A stretch of DNA of 64,000 bases from Terriglobales bacterium (GTDB lineage: Bacteria > Acidobacteriota > Terriglobia > Terriglobales > SCQP01): positions 26,670-90,669 of the forward strand of contig DATNFK010000045.1 of NCBI GenBank assembly GCA_035606395.1, given 5' to 3'. Both the position numbers and the translations under genes were made by a program. Numbering within the stretch: the first letter of the stretch is position 1; every line of letters starts with the position of its first letter. The notes under the pieces were generated by a model, which saw only the letters and a program-made list of their open reading frames with translations, did no database searches and had not been told where the DNA came from. Of this stretch, positions 9,895 through 19,362 are shown piece after piece.

Positions 9895-10977
9895 TTAATC
9901 GAGGGCGATTCGGAGCAGGTCACGTAAAGCCGTCATTAGGCCTGTTCCTCCTGCGAAACCTGGACGATAGAGACCTGCCGAAAGCAGGTTGATACAAAGG
10001 GCGGCCCTTTTTCGGCGCGCAAATCGCTTGTCACATAGCATCGCACGCTGACGTAGCGCACGCGCGCGGCTGGCGTGGCCATCGGCCCAAATATGCAATC
10101 TGGTCCCGAGTCGGGGCGGTGCTCCAGGAATGAAGTTGCGAGTTGCAGCCTCGCGCCTCTCGTGCAGCATTGCGCTAGCCAGGAATTCAGGGGCGCCGGT
10201 GCGCATGGATTGCCTTATGCGGTTGCGAAGAGAGCGGAGTTCAACAGCCTGCGTCACGTTGCGCCCGTGACGGCGGAACATGACGAGGGGCTCACTAATG
10301 AACGCGACAGCCCCAAAAGCACCGGCCGCTACCCATATCCATTCGTCGTGTCCGCCGCAAACCTCGACCAAGCCGGGATCCGCGGGTATAGCGGAGAGGA
10401 GCTCGCGCCGGAATACCATGGCATGACCGCAGGCGCCAGCGAGCCAGAGATCATCGCCAGTAAGGTTCCGCACGCTGTCGTACCGAATGTCGTGGCCCAC
10501 GCCTCCGCTTGGCAACCCTGAAGCGTCGATTATTGTGCTGGAGTGAACGGCAAGCACGACGTTCGAGTCGTTAAAGGCTTCGACGCATCGTTCCAGCTTT
10601 TTCGGTAGCCATACGTCGTCCTGATCGCAAAAGGCAATGAGGTCGCCGGTGCACGCGCGCGCAGAGTTTAAGAAATTGTCGCGAAAGCCGAGCTGGTGCG
10701 AGTTATGAAGAACTCGGACGGGAAACGGCGCCGATGCGGCGAAGGAATGCAGGGCACTTAGGGTACCGTCCTTTGAGGCGTCGTCGCTTGCGACAAGCTC
10801 GTAGGGCAGCAGTGTTTGCCGAGCGAGGCTTTCAAGCTGCTCGCGGAGATAACGCACGCCGTTGAATGTTGCCGCTGCAACTGAGATGGTTAAGGGCACC
10901 AGTAAATTATGGTTTGGTTGCTGTGGCTCGCCGCGACTAGGCGCAAGCAGCGGAGGCCGCGCGCATATGCCCGTCAA
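9895..10977 (-). CDS. Glycosyltransferase family 2
   Basis: Motifs ISVAAATFNGVRYLREQLESL, LVASDDASKDGT and CDQDDVW. The TTG at 10977 overlaps the upstream gene; an in-frame GTG at 10899 is an alternative start. Confidence 0.75.
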   Translation of the reverse strand: MTGICARPPLLAPSRGEPQQPNHNLLVPLTISVAAATFNGVRYLREQLESLARQTLLPYELVASDDASKDGTLSALHSFAASAPFPVRVLHNSHQLGFRDNFLNSARACTGDLIAFCDQDDVWLPKKLERCVEAFNDSNVVLAVHSSTIIDASGLPSGGVGHDIRYDSVRNLTGDDLWLAGACGHAMVFRRELLSAIPADPGLVEVCGGHDEWIWVAAGAFGAVAFISEPLVMFRRHGRNVTQAVELRSLRNRIRQSMRTGAPEFLASAMLHERREAATRNFIPGAPPRLGTRLHIWADGHASRARALRQRAMLCDKRFARRKRAALCINLLSAGLYRPGFAGGTGLMTALRDLLRIALD

Positions 10978-12028
10978 TAGTGAGATCGAGACTGAAGCGT
11001 CCTACCGCGCGCGCGCGCGCGGCCCTCGCCATTTGGTCGTAGAGCGCTGGTGCGTGGAGCAGTTCGCCGGAAATCCGTGCCGCCGCGACGGGATTGGAGC
11101 CGGGAAAGAGCCAGCCGGTAACACCATCTTCAATGACCTCGCAATTGCCGGCTACAGCCGAGGCCACGATGGGGATTGACGCGGCCATTGCCTCAAGGCA
11201 GACTACCGGCATTCCTTCTCCGTCGCTGAATTGCCAAAGCAGGTGGGCATTGCGCAAAATATCGGCGATGTCGGTTTGAATACCGAGGAAATGCACGTTC
11301 CTGGCCAAGCCCGTCTTGGTCACGGCAGCCTCCAGTTTTCCGCGAAGCGATCCCGCACCCACAAAGGCGAGGGTAGCCTGGGGCCAGTCTTTTAGAAAAC
11401 TGGAAAAGGCGCGCAGGGCTAGCTCTGGTCTCTTGGCAGCTATCAGCCGTCCCATTACGACGATCCGCACTTCACTTGTGAGCAGTCGCGGTTCTGATTT
11501 GAAAACTTCGGTATCTACCCCGTTGGGTACGCACTCAATCGCAGATGGCTGGACCCGCAGAAACATTCTCGCAGCCCTCGCTAATCCACGGGATACGGCT
11601 ACATGCCGTCGCATCGCCGCGGCAGCCCAACGGCGCAACCCAAGCGATGATCGACCCCTCGGATCCAACCTCGCATGCCACGCGGAGTCGTGCCCGTGCA
11701 ACACCTGAATAGCAGGCAGCCGGGCGCCAGACAGCGCATAGATGAGCGCCGCACGGGGAGAGTGTATCTCGATAGCATCGGGACGATGCTGCTGAAGGCT
11801 TGCCCTGAGTTTCGCCGCTGCTAGCGGAATACATAATGGCCAGCGGTACTCGGGTGTGGCCAATAGGGACGACCGCTGCACGCTAGGATAGTCGGGGAAG
11901 TCATCAATCGGGGAGATTGTGATTATTTGCGACTCCCAGCCACGCAACTGCATACCCTCTGCCAACTGCAAGGCGATGCGCTCTGCGCCGCCGCGTCCGA
12001 GACTTTCAATTATGTGAAGGACCCTCAT
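10937..12028 (-). CDS. Glycosyltransferase family 4 (GT-B)
   Basis: N-terminus MRVLHIIESLGRGGAER and EX7E-type block EGMPVVCLEAMAASIPIVASAVAGNCEVIEDGVTGWL. Confidence 0.85.
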   Translation of the reverse strand: MRVLHIIESLGRGGAERIALQLAEGMQLRGWESQIITISPIDDFPDYPSVQRSSLLATPEYRWPLCIPLAAAKLRASLQQHRPDAIEIHSPRAALIYALSGARLPAIQVLHGHDSAWHARLDPRGRSSLGLRRWAAAAMRRHVAVSRGLARAARMFLRVQPSAIECVPNGVDTEVFKSEPRLLTSEVRIVVMGRLIAAKRPELALRAFSSFLKDWPQATLAFVGAGSLRGKLEAAVTKTGLARNVHFLGIQTDIADILRNAHLLWQFSDGEGMPVVCLEAMAASIPIVASAVAGNCEVIEDGVTGWLFPGSNPVAAARISGELLHAPALYDQMARAARARAVGRFSLDLTIDGHMRAASAACA

Positions 12029-12102
12029 CCAGGGTGGCGTTTGCAGTACCCAACCGCCGCCTGAGGCGGCTTCTGAAGTTTCTGCTCAGAACGTTTGCGG
12101 CT

Positions 12103-13320
12103 TCAAGCGTGCGCCGCGGAAATTCTCCCTTGCAGGCGGTGGGCGAGCTCGTCGCCATGCGCGATAGAAAGCCGCACAACGGCGCAGATTTCACGCACGT
12201 CCGACGGGCTTACGGCGGTGCCGTTCGGCAATGCGAGCACACGCTCGGAAAGCGCTTCGGTGACAGGTAGACGCGAGCTTCCTGATATACCAGCCTTGAA
12301 ATAGGGGGCCATCCGGTGGCAGCCGGGGTAAAAATAGCGCCGCGCTAGTATGTTTTCAGCCCAAAGGATTTGTTGGAGATAATCCCGGCTCAGAACGGAT
12401 AGAGTTTCGTCAATGGAGAGGACAATGTAATGGTAGTTGTTGCGCTCGAAATGATTATATTCGAGCAGCTTAACGCCGGGCACTCCGGAAAGCCCTTCGT
12501 CGTAACAAGCATAATTGGAATGGTTAGTTCGCACGAATTCCGGAAAGCTCTCAAGGTTGTTGAGACCCATTGCAGCCGATAGTTCCGGCATCTTGGCATT
12601 AATGCCGGGGCCCTCGGTCGTGTCCATTCCTGAGAATCCAAAATTCCGCATGCTTCGGACCCGCTTTGCCAACTCGTGATCGTTCGTTACCACCGCACCA
12701 CCTTCCCCAGTGTTGAAAACCTTAGTGGCATGGAAGCTGAAAACCTCGGCGTCTCCAAAGTTGCCCAACATTCGGTTTTCGTGCGAGCAACCGAACGCAT
12801 GGGCTGAATCGAAGATCAATTTAAGGCCGTGACGCCGCGCCAATTCCTCGAGTGCCGCAACCGCACATGGCCGGCCCCAGAGGTGAACGGCGATAATGGC
12901 GCTTGTGCGCGGCGTGATTAACATCTCGGCCTTGGCGGGGTCGATACAGTGTGTCCGCGGGTCAATGTCGCAAAATACCGGTGTTAGGCCGAGCCACTGC
13001 ACCACATGAGCAGTTGCGATGAAGGTGAACGAGGGAACGATTACCTCACCGGCAAGTCCAAGCGCACGGATCGCGACGATGAGACCGTCGGTCGCATTGG
13101 AAACACACTCGCAGTGTTCTGCTCCGAAGAACTCCCGCAGACGCCATTCGAGATTCTCCACGCAGGGCCCTGAGTTCGACAGCCATCGGCGGTCAAGCAC
13201 CTGACGCGCCAGCCCGAGGAAACGATCAGGATCGCCAATGTTTGGCCGTCCGACGTGGCGGATTTCGGAAAATGCCGGCGGTCCGCCACAAATGGCGAGT
13301 TCGGCAAGATCAGTTTTCAT
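12103..13320 (-). CDS. DegT/DnrJ/EryC1/StrS-family PLP-dependent sugar aminotransferase
   Basis: 405-aa ORF with the PLP-lysine region SFHATKVFNTGEGG. Confidence 0.9.
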   Translation of the reverse strand: MKTDLAELAICGGPPAFSEIRHVGRPNIGDPDRFLGLARQVLDRRWLSNSGPCVENLEWRLREFFGAEHCECVSNATDGLIVAIRALGLAGEVIVPSFTFIATAHVVQWLGLTPVFCDIDPRTHCIDPAKAEMLITPRTSAIIAVHLWGRPCAVAALEELARRHGLKLIFDSAHAFGCSHENRMLGNFGDAEVFSFHATKVFNTGEGGAVVTNDHELAKRVRSMRNFGFSGMDTTEGPGINAKMPELSAAMGLNNLESFPEFVRTNHSNYACYDEGLSGVPGVKLLEYNHFERNNYHYIVLSIDETLSVLSRDYLQQILWAENILARRYFYPGCHRMAPYFKAGISGSSRLPVTEALSERVLALPNGTAVSPSDVREICAVVRLSIAHGDELAHRLQGRISAAHA

Positions 13321-13403
13321 ATTTGTTTTTCTCGATGCCGCCTGGAATGCAGCGCGATTCTGCGATGGTCAAGCTGACCGCGGGATGCACGGATTCGATG
13401 GCA

Positions 13404-14384
13404 TCATACGGAGGCAGGAGCGGTAACGGACTCCGCATAGCCAATGCCTGTGCCGCCGAAGCCGTTACCGTTGTAAAAAAGGAGTTCCCGTGCGCCGTAG
13501 CGCACCACTTGGGGATATTCGATCATCTGCGAATCCCAGCCGTGGTCGGACACGTCTATCCCGGCGAGCTCATCCTGCCTCTGCCACTCGATGCCGTCGC
13601 TCGACGTAGCATAGCCAATCCGATAGCTACAGGCGGGATCGGTCCTGTACCCGAGACCATTGCGGTACGAGTACCACATCTCGTAGCCGCCCCCGGAACG
13701 ACGCAAAACGCAGGGACGGCTGATGCCGGCTTCGGGTTCGGATTTGTAATCTATTGCGATTCTACCATCCCGTCGCCACTCGAAGCCGTCGCCGGATTCG
13801 GCGTAACGAATGTGGTATCGGGGTTCGGGTCGGCCAGCAAGGACGCTCCATCCGGTGCAGCACATGTACCAGGCGCGCCAGACGCCGCCATCGATCATGA
13901 CGCAGATATTGCCGGTGAAATACGGCTCGTGCATAGTATTTCCAAAGAGAGGCCCCAGAGCGTGGCGTCGGTAGTTCTTGCCCCCGTCGTCGCTAATCGC
14001 AAGCCCAATTGCATTGTGATACGGGATGGTATTGCGGACAGTCCAGCCAATGTAATAGAGGTATTTGAGCCCGCCGGCGTCGAGAGTCCAAGTAGGCATC
14101 ACCCCACAGTCATCAAATGCACCCAAAGGCCCCAGGTCGAGAACGGGGGTACTGGATTCGCTAAGAACATTACTCGGAACGCCTGCTTCCACGTCGACAG
14201 AATGAATCCGATTGCGCTGGTCCGCATCTCTTGTGCCAAAGAAAATTCTCCATGCCGCTGGCACATCAGGGTGCATGTCGATGGTCGGAACGGAGGCGTG
14301 CGTACGGCTCCACCATTGCTTTGTGAGCGGCGCGGGGATCTGCCCGCGCTTTTCCCATCTTGGGTTGCGACCGATTTGTGGCAT
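13404..14384 (-). CDS. Five-bladed beta-propeller protein of the GH43/GH32/GH130 kind (predicted glycosylase/phosphorylase-like)
   Basis: Blade-like repeats GAFDDCGVMP, AIGLAISDDGGKNY, IRYAESGDGFEW and IGYATSSDGIEW. Start set to ATG 14384, 2 nt after the upstream stop (the track ORF runs to 14453). Confidence 0.6.
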   Translation of the reverse strand: MPQIGRNPRWEKRGQIPAPLTKQWWSRTHASVPTIDMHPDVPAAWRIFFGTRDADQRNRIHSVDVEAGVPSNVLSESSTPVLDLGPLGAFDDCGVMPTWTLDAGGLKYLYYIGWTVRNTIPYHNAIGLAISDDGGKNYRRHALGPLFGNTMHEPYFTGNICVMIDGGVWRAWYMCCTGWSVLAGRPEPRYHIRYAESGDGFEWRRDGRIAIDYKSEPEAGISRPCVLRRSGGGYEMWYSYRNGLGYRTDPACSYRIGYATSSDGIEWQRQDELAGIDVSDHGWDSQMIEYPQVVRYGARELLFYNGNGFGGTGIGYAESVTAPASV

Positions 14385-14386
14385 TA

Positions 14387-15049
14387 TTACGCCTGCAAAT
14401 CGCGACTTGAGATCTCGGACTTTTTGGCAGGCGATCCCTTGTAGACGCCCCACGATTCAGTCGAGCGGGTCACGACGGCGCCCATAGCCACCAGAGAACC
14501 CTGTGCGATGCGGAGGCCGTCTCGGATGGTTGAATTGACACCAAAAAAGCAGTGGGACTCCACTTCGCAGTGCCCGGAGAGAACAACGTGCGAGGTGAAA
14601 AATACATGGTCGCGGATTCTCCCGTGATGGCCGATATGATTGCCGGACCACATTATTACGTTATTGCCGATCGGCGTGTTGGGCTGCAGCGTATTGTCTT
14701 CCAAAATGAAACAATTGTCGCCAATGCACGCCTCCGGCCAGACCGTCGCGCGGGAGCTTACGTAGCTGATTAACTCGTATCCCTTCGCCTTGGCCTCTAG
14801 GTATATTCGCTCGCGTTGCTGATTCATTCCACGATGCGACATGGGGGAGAAAAACGCAAAATCGCATGGCGGATATTCGTGCTCGCTATTCTCGAACGGG
14901 ACCACAGGCAGGCCTTCGAATGTGCGGTCGGCCGGCAAGTACGACTCACTTACCGTGAAGGCCACGACTCGATGTGGGGAGTCGTGTCGCAGGTAGAAGT
15001 GCGCAAGCGATGCGAAGTCAGCAATCCCGAAAATCACCACATTTGCCAT
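14387..15049 (-). CDS. Hexapeptide-repeat sugar N/O-acetyltransferase, NeuD/PglD family
   Basis: N-terminus MANVVIFG and left-handed beta-helix region IGNNVIMWSGNHIGHHGRIRDHVFF. Confidence 0.8.
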   Translation of the reverse strand: MANVVIFGIADFASLAHFYLRHDSPHRVVAFTVSESYLPADRTFEGLPVVPFENSEHEYPPCDFAFFSPMSHRGMNQQRERIYLEAKAKGYELISYVSSRATVWPEACIGDNCFILEDNTLQPNTPIGNNVIMWSGNHIGHHGRIRDHVFFTSHVVLSGHCEVESHCFFGVNSTIRDGLRIAQGSLVAMGAVVTRSTESWGVYKGSPAKKSEISSRDLQA

Positions 15050-15052
15050 ACG

Positions 15053-15703
15053 CTAGTCCCTCTTTTGGCGGAATACATAGGTAGTATATTCGTAGAGTCC
15101 GTAGTCGTTCCTGACGTTGAAATGGCGCGACAGATGGCGTGTCAGGAATTCGGCGTTCAGATCGAACGGCAAATGAAACAGGTCGTCGCGCTGCCAGTCA
15201 ACGTGCGCCGACATGACGTTGAAGGCGATACCGTAGCGTGCCTTCCTAAATGCGGCGACAAGTGTTTGTTGAATGAAGGCGAGCATCTGGGCGGCGCTTA
15301 GAGAGCATTTCTCCGTAAAAACCCCGTTCATCACCACGCAGTCAACCTCGGGTATAGCCTCCGGAGTTTGGAGGATATCTGCGCAAATATACGTATTATG
15401 CGGGAACTTCGACCGGCACAGTTGGATAAACTTTGGCGATATGTCGAGGCCGACGTATTGAATTCCTGACAACTGTAAGCCGACGATGTATTCGTATAAA
15501 TGGGACGCGCCACAACCGAAATCCAGCACGGTTAGTGGCCGACTTGCCGGAAGCAGGTCCAGCATTACGCCATACCGAGTGGCGGCGTCATTGGCGTTGG
15601 GCCAGTCTACTCCCTTATGTGTATCGCCATATAGATCGAGGCACTCCTCGTAATGGCGAATAATTGGAGAATAGTCTAGTACGATCCGCGGTTCATTGCT
15701 CAC
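15053..15703 (-). CDS. Class I SAM-dependent methyltransferase
   Basis: SAM motif I VLDFGCGASHL. The GTG start overlaps the upstream stop (GTGA, 15700..15703). Confidence 0.8.
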   Translation of the reverse strand: MSNEPRIVLDYSPIIRHYEECLDLYGDTHKGVDWPNANDAATRYGVMLDLLPASRPLTVLDFGCGASHLYEYIVGLQLSGIQYVGLDISPKFIQLCRSKFPHNTYICADILQTPEAIPEVDCVVMNGVFTEKCSLSAAQMLAFIQQTLVAAFRKARYGIAFNVMSAHVDWQRDDLFHLPFDLNAEFLTRHLSRHFNVRNDYGLYEYTTYVFRQKRD

Positions 15704-16659
15704 GTGAATTCACCCTCACGGTATGCCGGAAAATATTTCGCGGCACTTTTATTTCTAGCATTGACCAACACCCTATAAGCCTCGACGTCAAGGACCCGTC
15801 CCCCTAGATAAGCAGTGCGAACGCCGGAGGCCCAGCCACGTTTAAACCGGCTAAGTCCGTCATCCATTTCACCCAGCCCCGCACCTGCCCCGAGGTTCGC
15901 GAACAAAACGTTGGTGCTCGCAAAGTGGTGGAGGGCGGTATAGAAAATAGCGAATGATGCCCGCAGTTGGTAGCCAAGCTCGCTATACGCGCCCAAGTGG
16001 TAATAAGCGACATCACGGTCTTCATACCAGACTGTCATGCCTATTACGTCGTTGCCTCTCGATGCGCGGAACACTCGCGTGCCCTTTATTGTTAGCTGCT
16101 CCTCAAAACTTCGGCGAGAAAACGCCCGGATCCCATGTATGTGATGCCGCCGTATGAGGTTGTCATAGAGGCGGCACCACTCGTCTAACTGCTCGAGCGG
16201 GTTGTCACATAGTTCCACATTCAACTGCGCTAGGCCTTTTTTGGAATTGCGGAGATGATGCGATTCAACCGCGGCTGTCCACTGGCTCGACAAATCGACT
16301 ATAAAGTGGTTCTTAAATGCAATGCATCTATCCGGAAAACACTTACGCAGATCGTCTTCGCACAGAGGTCCAAACGGATCAAGAACCAGGGTAATGCTGA
16401 CGAGATGTCCAGCAAGGTCCTCCAAATCTGATTGCAAGCATCGCCAATCGGTGCAGCTAAACAAGGGGTAGGGTCCGATGGCATCCTCGGCCCCATCCTC
16501 AATTACGCGCTTTAAGATCCAGCCCCCGCACTTGGGAAGTTGGAGCGGACTCCCGAACTCACGGAGCGCATTTACATACGCTTGGCTGCCGTAGGCAGGT
16601 ACCGGCGCAGGCTGATCGATGGCCCTCGCCCGCCCCACCGATGGTGGTGTGGTTACCAA
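15700..16659 (-). CDS. FemAB-like / BioF2-like GNAT acyltransferase (Acetyltransf_6 type)
   Basis: C-terminal YHLGAYS and LSRFKRGWA blocks. TTG start at 16659, with GTG 16638 as an alternative. Confidence 0.7.
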   Translation of the reverse strand: MVTTPPSVGRARAIDQPAPVPAYGSQAYVNALREFGSPLQLPKCGGWILKRVIEDGAEDAIGPYPLFSCTDWRCLQSDLEDLAGHLVSITLVLDPFGPLCEDDLRKCFPDRCIAFKNHFIVDLSSQWTAAVESHHLRNSKKGLAQLNVELCDNPLEQLDEWCRLYDNLIRRHHIHGIRAFSRRSFEEQLTIKGTRVFRASRGNDVIGMTVWYEDRDVAYYHLGAYSELGYQLRASFAIFYTALHHFASTNVLFANLGAGAGLGEMDDGLSRFKRGWASGVRTAYLGGRVLDVEAYRVLVNARNKSAAKYFPAYREGEFT

Positions 16660-17828
16660 ACCTGAACCGTCGAACTGGCGCTATTGCGCTGATCCAGTGC
16701 CGCACTTGGCGCCGCAAAGAACTCAGAATAATAGGATGTGAGGCGGGCAACATAAGAGCTCTTGGTGCCGATCGCGGCGGTGATCGCGAGCCTTTGCTTG
16801 GAAAGAATGGTCCGGTAGGCGTTTTCGTTTAGCACTGTCTTTAAGAACCAATAGATTTCGTCCGCTGGGTTGGTGCTGGAAAATACGCCGGGCAATCCGT
16901 GAAAGTCCGCGGTGAAAAAGCGCTCATTGTAAAGGGCCATGCCGATAGTTCCCGACAAAATCGGCTCGATAAAATAACCGTCGAATCCCTCCCCAAACGT
17001 CATCGCGAAACGCGATCTTCGAAGGAGGTGCAAGTATTCAAGGTATGGTAATTTGCGAATTTCCACGATCGTGTGGTCCGGGAGCGCACGCGCAAACACT
17101 TTTTTGATCGCCTCCTTTTGGGGATGCCAGTCCGGCGAGATCGCAATTAGTGGTTGCTTGGTGGAGAAATCGGCTTGGGGAAGCGGGTCAGGCATTGGCC
17201 ATGCCCCGAGGTACCGAGTGTGGCAGCCTAGGTGTGCCGAAGTACCATCGGTCGCGTAGCTGCGATGCGCAGCGGTGGCGGTGACCACGCCAAGACCCGC
17301 CAAAGCGCGCATTGCGTCCCGGCTTGGAAGTCGGTCAATATTTTGAAGAAGGACATTGAAGCGCCAGCTGATGTCTTGCCGGGAACGGTAGAGATCCGTG
17401 CAGTCAACGCCTAGGCGTTCGACCCATACTTCGGGAAGATGAACGAGCACCTCCGCCTTTTGGGGCAGGAGGGGGACAAGATCCGGAAAAGAAAGCAGGT
17501 CGAATTGGGTCGGGAACATGGTGTAACGTCGCAGCCGCGGCTCGCGCGCACCAACACACACTGCGACGGAGGCCCCGTGGAGCCGCTGAAGCGACTTCGA
17601 TGCCGCAGCGTGCGCCATAATTGCCATGATTCCCCCCCCAATACTGGGTTCACCGGTTACCAGGAAAAGAATGAATCGCGTACCGGCGCCCGCGAACTGG
17701 CGGGCTGCGCGACGCTGTGAGCGGATCAAAAAAGGATTCGCTCCGCGGACGGCCCATGATGTACGAAGCCATTTGCCACGGCCACGCTCCAGAAGCGACG
17801 CGTTTCCGATATCGCGTTTGGTTACCAT
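16653..17828 (-). CDS. Hypothetical protein (possibly a divergent GT-B glycosyltransferase)
   Basis: The first 54 codons of the track ORF overlap wzx; ATG 17828 (MVTKRDIG) gives 391 aa. Only a weak GT-B-like block, FGEGFDGYFIEPILSGTIGMA, was seen. Confidence 0.55.
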   Translation of the reverse strand: MVTKRDIGNASLLERGRGKWLRTSWAVRGANPFLIRSQRRAARQFAGAGTRFILFLVTGEPSIGGGIMAIMAHAAASKSLQRLHGASVAVCVGAREPRLRRYTMFPTQFDLLSFPDLVPLLPQKAEVLVHLPEVWVERLGVDCTDLYRSRQDISWRFNVLLQNIDRLPSRDAMRALAGLGVVTATAAHRSYATDGTSAHLGCHTRYLGAWPMPDPLPQADFSTKQPLIAISPDWHPQKEAIKKVFARALPDHTIVEIRKLPYLEYLHLLRRSRFAMTFGEGFDGYFIEPILSGTIGMALYNERFFTADFHGLPGVFSSTNPADEIYWFLKTVLNENAYRTILSKQRLAITAAIGTKSSYVARLTSYYSEFFAAPSAALDQRNSASSTVQVW

Positions 17829-17845
17829 GTGTACATGAAAAACGA

Positions 17846-19321
17846 TCAGCGGACCGATTCGGCTGGCTGAACTCTTGGCGTCAATGGCCGCATTCGTTTC
17901 AACCAAAGTTCGCTGTAGGTAAACACGGCCGCTGTGCCAGCAAGGCAAAGCCCGATCAGCATCTGTGCGGTCGCACCCATGCCCACCCATGCGATGGCTC
18001 TCAGAAACAGGGCTGCGGCAATGCTACCGCTGAGCAGTAGTTTATTGGCACGGCTCCATACGAGCGGAACTTGTCTTTTCACGACAGCGACGACCACTAG
18101 GAAGTATACGGCGGGAGTCACTAGGAATCCGAGCCCGAGCCCCGACAAGCCAAGCCATTGCATGCCAAACCAAGTTGAGAGTAGAAGGAGCCCTCCGGCG
18201 ACCGATTGGGTGAAGAAGTACGTCCAAGAATCGAAATGGGTCACAATGACGAAGGACACCGTCCAGCTTGCGAGACGAAGGATATCGCCGATCAGCTGCC
18301 AATTCAGGATGCTGACCGCAGGTTCAAAGCGGCGGGTGTAAACGAGGGGAATAAGATAAGGGAGCAGTGTCAGGGCAAGGAGGATGACGGGAACGCCAAG
18401 GAGAAGCAATATTCGGTGGCGCTCATTAATGATGTCAACAGTCGCCTCGGGGGAATGTTTCGAGGCCGCCAGGCGTGGGTAATAATCTTGACCCATGGAC
18501 GTCGTCAGGAACGATAGATATGTTACTGCTATTGTACTGGCCGCTTGATACAGTCCGACGGAGGAAGCGCCGAGCGAGCGGAGTACCAGAAAAGGCACAA
18601 GCGCGACTGAGCCCAGGTCCACGATGGAGCTGGCCGTATAGCCGACACCCCATTTTAAAAGATCCGCGGCGGCAGCCCGCAGTCGCGGGAAAGGATGCAG
18701 AGCATGAATTGCCGGTATCCTTGTCGCTAGGAACCAACGCTGAACCACGAAGGTTGTCGCCGCCACAGCTAGAAGTCCAGGGGCAATGCCATCTCGGCCC
18801 CAGCAAAAGATTAAGGTGACATTAAGGCTGGAGCCGACCACAGCCGAAATTGCGGAGGATTTTGCCAGTGCGCCAACTTGGTGGTAGGCGTTTAGGATTC
18901 CTGTCTGCGCGCCCGATACCAACTGCAGCCCGAGTGCAAGGCCGAGAACTGCGATATCGCGGCCGTTGAGTAAGCCGCTGAAGACAACCGTTTCCAGGGG
19001 CCTTGCCCCGAGCTGTAGTAACGCGAAGGCAGCGAGCCCGATCAGGGTCATGCCGCCGAGAGCTGCCTGTCGCAGCGCCTCTATGGTCTCGGTTTCGCCA
19101 CGCGACAAGGCTGGCGCTCCCAGTCGGACCAGGCCAGTCGATACGCTTAATCCAGCGACTAGGCCGACCATACTGAGGAACGATTGCTCCAAGGCCAGCA
19201 CACCGAAGCCGGAAGTCCCTAATAGGAGCGCACGACACTTCGCCGCCACAACGCCTACGCCAATAGTGACCATGGTGCTTGCGGTCAGGACGGCGGTTGC
19301 GCGTAGGACAGATGATGCCAT
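17846..19321 (-). CDS. wzx: Polysaccharide flippase, MOP/PST superfamily (Wzx-like)
   Basis: Multi-span membrane protein. Start set to ATG 19321 (MASSVLRATAVL), downstream of the upstream stop at 19363. Confidence 0.75.
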   Translation of the reverse strand: MASSVLRATAVLTASTMVTIGVGVVAAKCRALLLGTSGFGVLALEQSFLSMVGLVAGLSVSTGLVRLGAPALSRGETETIEALRQAALGGMTLIGLAAFALLQLGARPLETVVFSGLLNGRDIAVLGLALGLQLVSGAQTGILNAYHQVGALAKSSAISAVVGSSLNVTLIFCWGRDGIAPGLLAVAATTFVVQRWFLATRIPAIHALHPFPRLRAAAADLLKWGVGYTASSIVDLGSVALVPFLVLRSLGASSVGLYQAASTIAVTYLSFLTTSMGQDYYPRLAASKHSPEATVDIINERHRILLLLGVPVILLALTLLPYLIPLVYTRRFEPAVSILNWQLIGDILRLASWTVSFVIVTHFDSWTYFFTQSVAGGLLLLSTWFGMQWLGLSGLGLGFLVTPAVYFLVVVAVVKRQVPLVWSRANKLLLSGSIAAALFLRAIAWVGMGATAQMLIGLCLAGTAAVFTYSELWLKRMRPLTPRVQPAESVR

Positions 19322-19362
19322 TCTTGCGGTAGGGCCTCGAGCCGATTTTGGCTTGGGCCAAG

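Noticed and set aside
13242-14444. 400-aa plus-strand ORF
   Set aside because: It is antisense to the beta-propeller gene, whose blade repeats are recognisable. It would also break the otherwise uniform minus-strand operon.
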